The translations under genes were made by a program, and so were the position numbers. From the NCBI GenBank assembly GCA_038087875.1, contig CM075977.1:114142001-114206000 (forward strand): a DNA stretch of 64,000 nt. The letters are read 5' to 3'. The notes under the pieces were generated by a model. It saw only the letters and a list, made by a program, of their open reading frames with translations. It was not told the origin of the DNA and searched no databases. This document shows positions 12,431 through 24,944 of this stretch, piece after piece (position 1 is the stretch's first letter; every line of letters starts with the position of its first letter). This stretch comes from Malacoraja senta (taxonomy: Eukaryota).

Positions 12431-13395
12431 CTCTTCCCTATTACAATCAATCTGAAGAAATGTCCCAAACAAAACTATCACCTATCCATGTCCTCCAAGA
12501 TGTTATTGTCAGGATTGATTTGCCTTTCCTATTGGCATGACTATGTTAGGACTTCGGACTAGGAAATAATCCACACTTTCTTGAAGGGAGGATCAGGAGA
12601 AATTTCAGGTTGAAAATTGTGCTTCATTTAAATCGCCTTCAGTTTAAATCGCCTTAATCTTCCTTCAGGAAGAAGCGTACTGGGTTTGCTTTTAAAATGT
12701 TATTTTCCAGTTCTAAACAAAATCCACAAGTAAAATAGAGTAAAATGTCTTGTGTGTATGTTAGGCACCAATCCTTGCAAAATAATGATGCAATATTGAT
12801 GGTTCCTGGGGCCTTACAGCCAAAATGTTCTATCTATGCTACCTGACCTCTTGCGTAGTTCCAGCACTTTTTTTTAAATTTCCAGTATTTGCAGATTTTC
12901 TGATTTTCAATGAAATTAACAGATTTTGTTGATAGTTTGTTATGATTATATCACAGAAAGTTCACTGGAAAATATTGAAACTAGCATTAATGCGGGTAGA
13001 TGCTGCTTTTGGACAAACATAAATGTACATAAGTCACAGGTGCATTAACGCCCAGCTTTGTGCCAAATAAGTTTGCATTATGCAAAATAATTTTTTCAGC
13101 CAATACATTTAAATGGTAGAGATTGTTGACCAGAAATTGTAACATGTCAAAAATAATTGAAGCTCACGTTAGTTTTCAATCAGGCACTCAGTCATGATAC
13201 TCTGGCAGAAGTGATCTTTCAATACAAACCTGACAAAAAGTCCTAAATCTTCTCTGGAGGTTGTGAGTTTGGGCTGAATTAGGAGAGTAATTTTAGGAGA
13301 GAGCTCAGAGGTGGAGTTAAATAGAGGATGTGGGGACCTGGGGACAGGACCATATGAGAATTAGGAGATTGAGATAACTATTGAGTGAGTGGAAG

Positions 13396-13613
13396 GGACT
13401 CATGTTGTCGACCTCCCCGTGGTGAGCCCTGTCAACTGACCTCGGTCAGGCGAACGACAACAAACAGAGACAGCAGCAGAAATGCAACCTCAGTCGCCGC
13501 AGCTTGGCCCCAACCCGGAGCATGTGCCCTTTTTAGGGCAGGCACCTACGGATGTCGAACTGGATGGCATCGCCCTGCTGCAGACTTCTGCTGCCTCAAA
13601 CACAAGAAGAAGA
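13396..13613 (+). mobile_element. RTE-clade LINE 3' end
   Basis: Perfect 12-bp TSD AGTGAGTGGAAG (13384-13395 / 13614-13625), (AAG)n tail, RTGWHRPAADFC C-terminal-like remnant. Confidence 0.7.
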
Positions 13614-13656
13614 AGTGAGTGGAAGACACGGAGTAGTGGAAACAGGCATTTAGTTA

Positions 13657-14252
13657 AACATAGAAACATAGAAAATAGGTGCAAGAGGAGGCCATTCGGC
13701 CCTTTGAGCCAGCACCGCCATTGATTGTGATCATGGCTGATCGTCCCCAATCAATAACCCGTGCCTGCCTTCTCCCCATATCCCTTGACTCCACTAGCCC
13801 CTAGAGCTCTATCTAACTCTCTCTTAAATCCATCCAGTGATTTGGCCTCCACTGCCCTCTGTGGCAGGGAATTCCATAAATTCACAACTCTCTGGGTGAA
13901 AAAGTTTTTTCTCACCTCAGTCTTAAATGACCTCCCCTTTATTCTAAAACTGTGGCCCCTGGTTCTGGACTCGCCCAACATTGGGAACATTTTTCCTGCA
14001 TCTAGCTTGTCCAGTCCTTTTATAATTTTATATGTTTCTATAAGATCCCCCCTCATCCTTCTAAACTCCAGTGAATACAAACCTAGTCTTTTCAATCTTT
14101 CCTCATATGACAGTCCCGCCATCCCAGGGATCAATCTCGTGAACCTACGCTGCACTGCCTCAATCACAAGGATGTCCTTCCTCAAATTAGGAGACCAAAA
14201 CTGTACACAATACTCCAGATTTGGTCTGACCAGAGCCCTATACAACTGCAGA
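13657..14252 (-). mobile_element. 5'-truncated CR1 LINE (second subfamily)
   Basis: ORF 13751-14245 ends ELDRALGASGVKGYGEKAGTGY; 3'UTR and tail. Confidence 0.95.
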
Positions 14253-14619
14253 AAGAAGTTGTCAGATCTCTACAAAACTTCCATTGATTTTGCACAAAAA
14301 TGTTGCACTGTACATACGAATTTTTAGACCGATGCCATTAGCAAATGTAATTCATAATTGAGCCTGCAGGAATCTTATTCTGTTGCTTCAACAGCATCTA
14401 ACCATATCATAACAGCAGCCCACACACACAGGGAATATTCAGGTAGTCAATTTTACAAAATACCTCAAATATGGCTTATTTCCTTCATTTTTACAAGCAA
14501 ACAATCTTGAACATCTATAATGTTTGCTATAAAATGATTTGTATCATACCTCCGACATAATAAATCTACAATATTTTGGCACAAGACTGGACATTAATGC
14601 ACCTTTGACCAAGTAAAAA

Positions 14620-17600
14620 AAGGTGGAAGAAGCATTGAACAGGGAGATAGGGGATCTGAGTGTGTGGCTGAGGAGCTGGGGCAGGGATTTAAATTCTGAC
14701 CACTGGGATCTATTTTGTGGTAAGGGTGAATTATACAAAAGGGATGGGTTGCACCTTAACAGGTGGGGGACCAGCATTCTGGCAGGCAGGTTTGCCACTG
14801 CTACACGAGTGGGTTTAAACTAAATAGTGGGGGGTTGAGACAAATTGGAAATACAAGGATGGAGTTAAAGGGAAAGAGAGTATAGGAAAAGTTAAGAAAG
14901 ACACCAAAATTAACGGGGCAGATGCTCACGAAGAGATAAGAGAGTATGGCCAAGTGAAATGGGAATCGAAGTGAAAGGTGAGGTGAGTAATGGATTCAAA
15001 GTATTATATATGAATGCACGAAGTATAAGAAGTAAAGTGGATGAGCTTGAGGCTCAGTTAGCGATTGGTAGACATGATATTGTGGGGATTAGAGACATGG
15101 CTGCAGGAGGATCGGGACTGGGAACTGAATATTCAGGGTTATACGTCCTATAGAAAGGACAGGCAGGTGGGCAGAGGAGGTGGGGTGGTTCTGTTGGTGA
15201 GGGATGAAATTCAGTCCCTTGCGAGGGGTGACATATGGACTGATGATGTAGAGTCGCTGTGGATAGAATTGAGGAATCGTAAAGGTAAAAAGACATTAAT
15301 GGGAGATTTCAATATGCAGGTAGACTGGGAAAATCAGGTTGGTTCTGGACCACAAGAAAGTGAGTTTGTAGAGTGCCTCCGAGATGGATTCTTAGAGCAG
15401 CTTGTACTGGAGCCTACCAGAAAGAAGGCAATTCTGGATTTAGTGTTGTCTAATGAACTAGATTTAATAAGGGAACAGGGTAAAGAAACCGCTTGGAGGT
15501 AGTGACCATAATAGGATACATTTTAATCTGCAATTTGAGAGAGAGAAGGTTAAATCAGAAGTGCCAGTGTTGCAGTTGAACAAAGAGGATTATGAAGGCA
15601 TGAGAGAGGAGCTGGCCAAGCTCAACTAGATAAGGATCCTAGCAGGAATAATGGTGGAACAGCAATGGCAGGAATTTCTGGGCATAATCCAGAAGATGCA
15701 GGATCATTTCATTCCAAAGAGGAAGAAAGATTCTAAGGGGAGTAAGAAGCAACCGTGACTGACAAGGGAAGTTAGGGATAGAATAAAACGATAAGAAAAG
15801 GTGTACAACATAGCAAAGAGTAGCGGGAAGCCAGAGGATTGGGAAACTTTCAAAGGACAACAGAAGGTAACAAAAAGGGCAATACGGGGTGAAATGATGA
15901 AGTATGAGGGTAAGCTGGCCAAGAACATAAAGAAGGATAGTAAAAGCTTCTTTAGGTATGTTAAGAGAAAAAGATTTGTAAAGACAAATGTGGGTCCTTT
16001 GAAGGCTGATACAGATGAAATTATTATGGGGAACAAGGAAATGGCAGAAGAGTTGAACAGGTACTTTGGGTCTGTCTTCACTAAGGAAGACACAAACAAT
16101 CTCCCAGATGTAATAGAGGACAGAGGATCTAGGGAGACAGAGGAACTGAAAGAAATTTGCATTAGGCGAGAAATAGTATTGAGTAGATTGATGGGACTGA
16201 AGGCTGATAAATCCCCAGGGCCTGATGGTCTGCATCCTAGGGTAATCAAGGATGTGGCTCTAGAAATCGTGGACACATTGGTGATCATTTTCCAATGTTC
16301 TATAGATTCAGGATCCGTTCCTGTGGATTGGAGGGTAGCTAATGCTATCCCACTCTTCAAGAAAGGAGCGAGAGAGAAAATGGGGGAATTATGCTGGATT
16401 AAATTATTAAAGAAGTAATAACGGCACATTTGGATAGGAGTAAAAGGATTTGGTCCAAGTCAGCATTGATTTATGAAGGGGAAATCCTGCTTGACTAATC
16501 TTCTGGAATTTTTTGAAGATGTGGATGAAGGAGAGCCAGTGGATGTAGTGTATCTGGATTTTCAGAAAGCCTTTGATAAGGTCCCACACAGGAGATTAGT
16601 GGGCAAAATTAGAGCACATGGTATTGCGGGTAGGCTATTGACATGGATAGAGAATTGGTTGGCAGATAGGAAACAAAGAGTAGGAATAAACAGGTCCCTG
16701 TCAGAATGGCAGGCAGTGGCAAGTGGAGTGCCGCAAGGCTCGGTACTGGGGCCGCAACTATTTACAATTATATTAATGATTTAGATGATGGGATTAAAAG
16801 TAACACTAGCAAATTTGCAGATGACACAAAGCTAGGTGGCAGTGTGAACTGCGAAGCGGATGCTAAGAGGTTGCAGGGTGACTTGGACAGGTTGAGTGAG
16901 TGGGCAGATGCATGGCAGATGCAGTATAATGTAGATAAATGTGAGGTTATCCACTTTGGCAGCAAGAACGAGGAGGCAGATTATTATCTCAATGGTGTCA
17001 GATTAGGAAAAAGGTAAGTGCAACGAGAAGTGAGTGTCGTATACATGCAGGTACAGCAGGCAGTGAAGAAATCTATTGGCATGTTGGCCTTTATAATGAG
17101 AGGATTTGAGTATAGGAGTAAAGAGGTCCTTCTGCAGTTGTACAGGGACCTGGTGAGATCACATCTGGTGTATTGTGTGCAGTTTTGGTGCCTAATTTGA
17201 GGAAGGACATCCTTGCTATTGACGCAATGCAGCGTAGGTTCATGAGGTTAATACCAGGACTGTCATATGAGGAAAGATTGGAAAGACTGGGCTTGTATTC
17301 ACTGAAACTTAGAAGGATCATATTCGTTGTAAACATTAGCTACGCAACGGGAACGGTGACGGACGCACCACACATATCTGTCCTCCAGTTCCTGCGGACT
17401 TCCGCTGCTGGAAGCATCGGACTTTGGTGTGTACTTTATCATAATTCCTTACAATGCTATGTATGACAATGATTGCAACTTCTACTGTAGTGTGGATGGC
17501 CGTTGGCTCGCTAGAAGCTCATCCGCCCTTTGACAGGTCTTGTTTTTTGTCTTGTTGGGGGCCCACAGCCCCCTCCTCACCTGGCAAACCAGGTAAGGGA

Positions 17601-18075
17601 GACGGTTTAATCACCGACTATCCAACCATGGAGCAGGTAGCACAGGATTACATAGTACCCGGGGCGGGGAGAACTCCCCCCTACCTGACCCTAATAGAAA
17701 CGTATACAATTATAAAAGGACTGGACAAGCTAGATGCATGAAAATGTTCTCAATGTTGGGGGAGTCCAGAAACAGGGGCCACAGTCTAAGAATAAAGGGG
17801 AGGCTATTTAAAACTGAGATGAGTAAAAAACGTTTTCACCCAGAGATTTGTGAATCTGTGGAATTCTCTCCCACAGAAGGCAGTAGAGGCCAATTCACTG
17901 GAAGAATTTAAAAGAGAGTTAGATAGAGCTCTAGGGGCTAGCGGAATCAAGGGATATGGGGAGAAGGCAGGCACGGGTTACTGATTGTGGATGATCAGCC
18001 ATGATCACAATGAATGGTGGTGCAAGCTCGAAGGGACAAATGGCCTCCCCCTGCACCTGTGTTTCTATGTTTCTT
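14620..18075 (+). mobile_element. Long degenerate CR1 LINE: ORF1 SGNH-esterase C-terminus, ORF2 APE endonuclease and RT, 3'UTR
   Basis: LYKRDGLHLNRWG (esterase DxxH), VLYMNARSI, ETWL, MGDFN, ILDLVL, YLDFQKAFDKVPH, GVPQGSVLGP, KFADDTKLG. Multiple frameshifts. Confidence 0.93.
17321..17690. mobile_element. Unclassified ~370-bp insertion interrupting the CR1 RT (possibly a non-autonomous RTE-related element)
   Basis: CR1 reading frame stops after YSLKLRR and resumes at LIETY. The intervening sequence is unrelated to CR1. Confidence 0.5.
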
Positions 18076-18249
18076 TGAACTTCATAAGCCTTGTTCAAAC
18101 CTCTTTAATACTGCATGAGGCCATGGCCATTGGACTGAATGGGTGGGTGATGGGGGGAAACATTCACAAAACTGTTCATTCCCTTAAACTGCTGAGCTTG
18201 CTGGCTGAATAATGGGTCACAAACATATCTCGGGTGAGCCCCCTCCAAA

Positions 18250-18620
18250 AAGAAGAGAGAAGGAATGGGTGATGTTTCAGGTCGAGACCCATCTTCAATC
18301 ATTTTGTGTGACACCTGCTGTTCTTATCTCTGGTCTTTGTTCCAACCATCTGCCTGTCCACCGCCCCTATACCACCCCCCCCCCCCAGCCCTGTCGACCT
18401 ATTACCTGCAATGCTTTCCCCTGCCTCTCCCCTTTCCAGCTTTCTCCTCTTCCCCCCTCAAAAATCAGAGAAGGGTCTCAACCCGAAATATCCACTATCC
18501 AGTTCTCTAGCAGTAGCCCGCTGTTCGTCCAGCACTTTGTGTCCCTTTTCGTCACCTATCCATGATCTCCAGTGATGCTGCCTGACCACTGAGTTACTCC
18601 AGCACTTTGTGTCTTTTTTT
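18250..18620. mobile_element. Penelope-like pLTR fragments in both orientations
   Basis: GATGTTTCAGGTCGAGACCC; AGAAGGGTCTCAACCCGAAA; GATGCTGCC...GAGTTACTCCAGCACTTTGTGTC. Confidence 0.65.
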
Positions 18621-18950
18621 CAGCCAAAATTAGGATTGTGAAGGTGCACAAATATCCCAATTATTGATAGACTGAGCAATTATACATTTGACCAGGTATA
18701 CTATTCAACAAAATAAGTCTTTCTTGTGGAACCATCCGCGATCTCTATGCTACAGATGAAAAATAAGCTTAGCTGGAGGTGTCTGATGCCAGATTTTATG
18801 TAAGCAATGAATGTAGCCCTATTGTCCTATATTTGGCTGAGATGTCTCGTGGCCATGTCAGTTTGCAAACCTGGTTGTGAATTTGTGGAATTCCCTGCCA
18901 CAGACGGCAGTGGAGGCCAAGTCACTGGATGGATTTAAGAGAGAGTTAGA

Positions 18951-20042
18951 TTGAAGCAAAGAGTAGGAGTAGGAGTAAACGGGTCCTTTTCACAATGGCA
19001 GGCAGTGACTAGTGGGGTACCGCAAGGCTCAGTGCTGGGACCCCAGCTATTTACAATTTATATTAATGAACTGGATGAGGGAATTGAAAGCAACATCTCC
19101 AAGTTTGCGGATGATACTAAGCTGGGGGGCAGTGCTAGTTGTGAGGAGGATGCTAGGAGACTGCAAGGTGACTTGGATAGGCTGGGTGAGTGGGCAAATG
19201 TTTGGCAGATGCAGTATAATGTGGATAAATGTGAGGTTATCCACTTTGGTGGCAAAAACGGGAAGGCAGACTATTATCTAAATGGTGGCCGATTAGGAAA
19301 TGGGGAGATGCAGCGAGACCTGGGTGTCATGGTACACCAGTCATTGAAAGTAGGCATGCAGGTGCAGCAGGCAGTGAAGAAAGCGAATGGTATGTTGGCC
19401 TTCATAGCAAGAGGATTTGAGTATAGGAGCAGGGAGGTTCTACTGCAGTTGTACAGGGTCTTGGTGAGACCACACCTGGAGTATTGCGTACAGTTTTGGT
19501 CTCCAAATCTGAGGAAGGACATTATAGCCATAGAGGGAGTGCAGAGAAGGTTCACCAGACTGATTCCTGGGATGTCAGGACTTTCATATGAAGAAAGACT
19601 GGATAGACTTGGCTTATACTCGCTAGAATTTAGGAGATTGAGAGGGGATCTTATAGAAACGTACAGAATTCTTATGGGGTTGGCCAGGCTAGATGCAGGA
19701 AGATTGTTCCCAATGTTGGGGAAGTCCAGGACAAGGGGTCACAGCTTAAGGATAAGGGGGAAATCCTTTAAGACCGAGATGAGGAAAAACTTTTTCACAC
19801 AGAGAGTGGTGAATCTCTGGAACTCTCTGCCACAGAGGGTAGTTGAGGCCAGTTCATTGGCTATATTTAAGAGGGAGTTAGATGTGGCCCTTGTGGCTAA
19901 GGGGATCAGGGGATATGGAGAGAAGGCAGGTACGGGATACTGAGTTAGATGATCAGCCATGATCATATTGAATGGCGGTGCAGGCTCGAAGGGCCGAATG
20001 GCCTACTCCTGCACCTATTTTCTATGTTTCTATGTTTCTATG
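18951..20042 (+). mobile_element. Young 5'-truncated CR1 with an uninterrupted 330-aa RT C-terminal frame, nested in an older CR1 3' end (about 18872-18950 and 20043-20210)
   Basis: ORF 18951-19943 has GVPQGSVLGP and KFADDTKLG. The host sequence GAGTTAGAT|AGAGCTC rejoins across the insertion. Confidence 0.95.
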
Positions 20043-20979
20043 ATAGAGCTCTAGAGGCAAGTGGAATCAAGGGATATGGGGAGAAGGCAGGCACGGGTTA
20101 TTGATTGGGGATGATCAGCCATGATCACAATGAATGACGGTGCTGGCTCGAAGGGGCGAATGGCCTCATCCTGAATGGCCTCATCTATTTTCTATGTTTC
20201 TATGTTTCTAGGTCTCTTGAGTAAACTGGTTGTAGTTTACATTTGAACAGATTTTGTTTTGAACATTGGTGCTTCTGTGTATAAATGTGCTCAATCCACA
20301 TAATTCCTGAAGATGTCCTAAATAATTCCTAGCAATATACTGGAGCCGCAAGTAAGAAAATCATTGTTCTGTATCAGAATTATGACAATAAAACATTCTT
20401 TACTCTTGACTCTCTTTAGTCTGACTTAAAAACTGAGTACGTTTGACATTAAGATAACATAAGACGTCGACATAAGTTAAAGAATAATTCAGGACAAAAG
20501 GCGTACGATTCTGAAAATCATGGGCTGTTCTTGGCATTGAATTTTGGTTTATTACAATCTAATTGAAATGAGCATTAGAATGCAAAAATGGTTCTGGAAT
20601 TTGAAGTAAGATTTGCGTTCAACATGGCTGTGATGTCTCTGGTTTTTTTTGCATATTTTAGAATCTTGCACTAGAACCAAAACTGCCCCCCATGTAAATT
20701 AATCACATCTCCACTAATTTGTGGCTCTTCAGGAAAACTTTAAAAGTTAACCAGGATCATTGAACTCAAGGATACTGAGTGGTTACTTAGTTTACTAGCA
20801 GAGATACTAACAGTTTGTTCATGTTAATTTTTATCTTAATTTACTGAGAAACTCAATATAGCAAGAAATGTATTTATGGTTTAAAAATGATTTTCAATAA
20901 TAAAGAATTTAGTGATGCATTAAAATAATTAAAATGCTTATTTTGTGTGATGAACATATTTGTGGATGTTCTAATCATA

Positions 20980-21890
20980 TTTAATTGTAATTAATTTATT
21001 AGCCAAGTAGGTAACCATACAAGGAATTTGATTTGCCAACAGTCATACAAAAAAAAGCAACAAGATACAAAACTACATAAAAATGAAACATAGACTTAAA
21101 CAGCCACCATAACGGCGTGTGAGGATCCCCAGGGCACACAGCATAAGCGGAGACCCACAGCCATCAGTTCAATGTCCGGGCCACACACACACACGCTCCT
21201 TCACCGTGATGTGATCAGAGTTGTACCGACCACTGTCACTCTCTCTGCAGTCCCTGTCCGCCCGAACAGTCAGAAAGCCGCCCACACTCACACTAGACTC
21301 TGGGATGTCCTCATGGAGCCATGTTCCCGTGAAACACCGAGATCACTGCACTCACGGCATTCCCTCTGAGTCCTCACCAGTGCAGGCAGTATGTCTATCT
21401 TGTTTTTTCAGTGACCTCACATACCCCACTGTGATGGAAGACAAATAACTTATACCTTCTTCCCTCCTTTTCTCCCGCGGTCGGGCCAATCAACTTCCGC
21501 AGTCGGGGCGATTGAAGCTCCCGCAGTCGGCGATTGAAGCTCCCGCATCTGGGCAATTGAAGCTAATCAAAGTTATGAAATTATCCCAAAGTGGAAATTG
21601 ATCTCCTTAATAATAATTGTAACAACATACTTGTGGGAGTATTGAATTGAATTGAATTGAATTGAATGCTGTTTATTGTCATTCAAGCCTAGGCTTGAAC
21701 GAAATTTCATTCCTACAGTTTTGTTTTACATTACAAAAAAACACAAGACCCACACTTAACACAGTTTACATAAACATCCATCACAGTGAGTCTCCAACAC
21801 CTCCTCACTGTGATGGAAGGCAAAGTCTTATCTCTTCCCTTTATTCTTCACCCGCGGTCCAGCAGTCCAACTGCAGCGTCTAGGCGAACT
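20980..21890 (-). repeat. Two related non-LTR/SINE-like 3' ends, one with a ~22-bp minisatellite (21480-21565) and one with a (TTGAA)n tail (21641-21666)
   Basis: Shared internal text (CACTGTGATGGAAG...CCCGCGGTC; ACATCCATCAC), AT-rich tandem tails, tandem CGATTGAAGCTCCCGCA units. Confidence 0.5.
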
Positions 21891-22966
21891 GAGTAAAGTT
21901 CAAAACAAGAATCTCTACAACTTTACTATGCCAGTGAGTTGTCTTAATAATTTAATTCCTGCAAAATGTCTTCAGGTTAGTATTTTACCACTTTATTCAA
22001 GATAAGCTAGACATTTTTCAGACTGTTTTTTGTTGGCCAATACCTGCAGATGATAGGTTGACAATTGCATCAGAAATAGAACCGTTAAATCAATTTTAAG
22101 ATAAATCTAATGGAAGGAAAATGGACAAATTAAAAAGTCAAGAGACATTGGAATAATACACTGACATTATTGACCGCTGATGGACTGCTCATCCTTTTTC
22201 ATCAGTTATAATCACTATGAATTGTGCAGTACCTGTCGTAGTGCCAATACTCAGACAGCATTATGTGAATGCAAAAGGAAGAGAATAATATGGTTTCATA
22301 ATGGATCAATAATGTACCTTAGACCAGGAATTTGATTACTAATGCCTACCACATCTCAAAGTACGTGCAATGCTTTATAAGTAAATATGACTAATTTGAT
22401 GGTAAAAAAAAATGTCTTTCACCAAAAGCTACTTTTGTGGAATTTGGTAACATGGTTTTTCATGTGCACTTCATCCACAGAAGAGAGAGATAATATTTAT
22501 GAATTTGACATTTTTACAGCTAAATGCACAAAATGCGATATATAAATTGAGACTTCAGCATGTTCATTACTAATACCACACTAGCTTCCTCAGCCCCCTC
22601 TTTGTGATCCACATCATGTTGATGAAACCCAACTCTGTCTTTCTATCTCACTCACCGTCTCAAATGGTGTTCTCACACTTTCAAATTATCTGTCTGATAC
22701 CAATGTCAGATACGAACCAAACTTTCCTTCACTATAATTCTGGCTAGATGAAACCTATCCCCTCCAGTTTTCTTAACTCCTAGGAGGCTTGGTACACAGC
22801 TGATACTAAGTATGGAAAATCTACCATCCTTGATTATACATTATAATGATCCTAAATTATACATTGAAGAATGAGCATTTTAAATACCCCATTGCCCAAC
22901 TCAGTTGGGTGTTTTAGTTGCCAATTTGTAAATCCAGAAGAAGCAAAACTGGAAGTGGGACCGTAA

Positions 22967-23647
22967 AGGCCCTTGCCCACTTACGTGTCCTTGGCATGCA
23001 AATTACACGATCTCGTCATCGCGTTGAGGCGCATGGGCATCGTGTGGCTGCGCAGGGCCGGTCCCACTGAGAAGCGCGGAGGGGTATGTAGTTGTGCGCG
23101 ATATCGCGCGGCGTTCCGAAATTTTGTAGCGAACAAAATCTTCGCGCGCCACAGGCCTGTCGCGTAACTGACGGCCAAAGTGGGACAGGCCCAAGACCCT
23201 GGCGCGACGCAACGTCTCACCTCCAACAGCAGCAGAAGCAGGCAAACGATCGCCGAGCTCGGCCTGGCGGATCCGGATCCGCCCCCACTTCTACTCCCAG
23301 AGCGGGGCCAAGAAAATTGAAGATAGACACAAAATGCTGGAGTAACTCAGCGGGACCGGCAGCATCTCTGGAGAGAAGGAATGGATGACGTTTCGGGTCA
23401 AGACCCTTCTTTCAGACTGAAGAAGAATCTCGACCCGAAACATCACCCATTGCTTCTCTCCAGAGATGCTGCCTGCCCTGCTGAGTTACTCCAGCATTTT
23501 GTGTCCATCTTCAAATGACGTCACGCGCTCCAGACGGCTGTGCGTACGCATGAAGTCGCGCGAGACCTTCGCGGGACCGTCGCGCCTCAACGTGACCACG
23601 AGGTCGAGTTATTAGCGTGCCAAGGACACGTAATTGGGACAGGGGCT
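22967..23647. mobile_element. PIF/Harbinger-type MITE, CpG-rich, with an internal TIR-like pair and a PLE insertion
   Basis: TAA TSD (22964-22966 / 23648-23650). Imperfect TIRs AGGCCCTTGCCCACTTACGTGTCCTTGGCA / TGCCAAGGACACGTAATTGGGACAGGGGCT. Confidence 0.8.
23317..23514. mobile_element. Fold-back (head-to-head) pair of PLE pLTR units, each with a hammerhead-like core
   Basis: About 99-bp arms symmetric about 23416 (TTCAG A CTGAA). The right arm reads CTGAAGAAGAATCTCGACCCGAAACATC. Confidence 0.8.
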
Positions 23648-23739
23648 TAAGTAATTAAAATATATTTCTGAACCATGATTAGACCTGAAGTCTCAATATC
23701 CATCCCTTGCTAATATGTGAAATAATCTTTAGTTTACTT

Positions 23740-24010
23740 TAGATAGACACAAAAAGCTGGTGTAATACAACGGGTCAGACAGCATCTCTTGACAAAAGGA
23801 ATAGGTGACGTTTTTGGTTGAGACCCTTCGAAGGGTTACTCCAGCTTTTGGTGTCTATCTTTGGTTTAAACCAGCATCTGCGTTTAGTTTAGTTTAGTTC
23901 ATTGTCATGTGTACAGTGAAGAGCTTTTTGTTGCGAGCTATCCAGTCAGTGGAAGGACTGTACATAATTACAATCGAGTCACCCACAATGTAAAGATACA
24001 GGATAAATCT
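23740..24010. mobile_element. Second fold-back PLE fragment (23740-23880) followed by a Rex-type LINE 3' tail
   Basis: AGATAGACACAAAAAGCTGG...CCCTTCGAAGGG...CCAGCTTTTGGTGTCTATCT, then (TTTAG)n and TTGTCATGTGTACAGTGAA. Confidence 0.65.
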
Positions 24011-24944
24011 ACATTTGAAGTGAATAACTCTGAAGATAAAAAAATGCCCAATATATATCAAATAATTTGGTCATATTTCAGTCAGATAACAGTTTTGGGG
24101 GAAATTGCCTAAACACAGAAACAGTATTCTTTGTGTATTATTAGTTTGCTGCAGAATTCATTATTACATTCTCAAAAGCACCAGCAAGATAGGATCTGAA
24201 AAGTTGCTGCCATTGCCCTATGCACTGGAATGTCAAATAGCCTGTAACCACATTGAATCCAACTAATGGGAGTGTTTGATTAACTGGAAAATGATGATTA
24301 AGCAGTTTTATATTTTATTTCAATGTGTTTGCTTGCTTCACTGAATTTATGCTTTTAATTCGTCACTATTGGGATGTGGCCTGGTGATCATGTGACAGGA
24401 GGTAACTAATCATAGAAGATTTCCCAGGAGTCACTAATGAACTTACATAAAAGACTATATTGAGTGACCCAGCCTGTTCAGTGCCTTTGAAAATAAAGAT
24501 GGAACAAGTTATTCTGAAACTAGTATTATTCATTGTCACATAAAGGAACAAATGGGACATAGAACTTTTAAAAATCATTATTTTGAATGGCTTTGATATT
24601 CTCCAAGCAGGATTTTTATCACTGTCACGTACAGAGTTTGTTTAATCTAATTAATGACATAAAAGTGCATGAAATTAATTGTCCATTTGCTATATTCCTT
24701 CCTGATGAACATTTCTTATACATATGAAATTATTTTTTCAGATTTTTGAAGTATGGAATTATCATATTTAGAAACGAGAATTTCTGATTTGAAGTGAAAT
24801 AGATGGATTCTCAACTCTTTGGGACAATTTCGAGGAACATTGGGATAAGTCTTTTTCTTTAGGGAAATAAGGAAGGCATTTTGATATTTTTCAATAGATG
24901 TATTTGCTTCCTTAGCTTAGACTAAGCTGACAACTTCGCAAAGT

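Noticed and set aside
13761-14327. Recurrent antisense ORFs such as MIMADH...PVPAFSPYP (also at 1622, 8305, 19739 and 61463)
   Set aside because: They are antisense shadows of CR1 ORF2 and the 3'UTR, with no independent evidence of coding.
18951-19943. 330-aa RT ORF as a functional or domesticated gene
   Set aside because: It is 5'-truncated, lacks the RT N-terminus and an ATG start, and is near-identical to other young copies.
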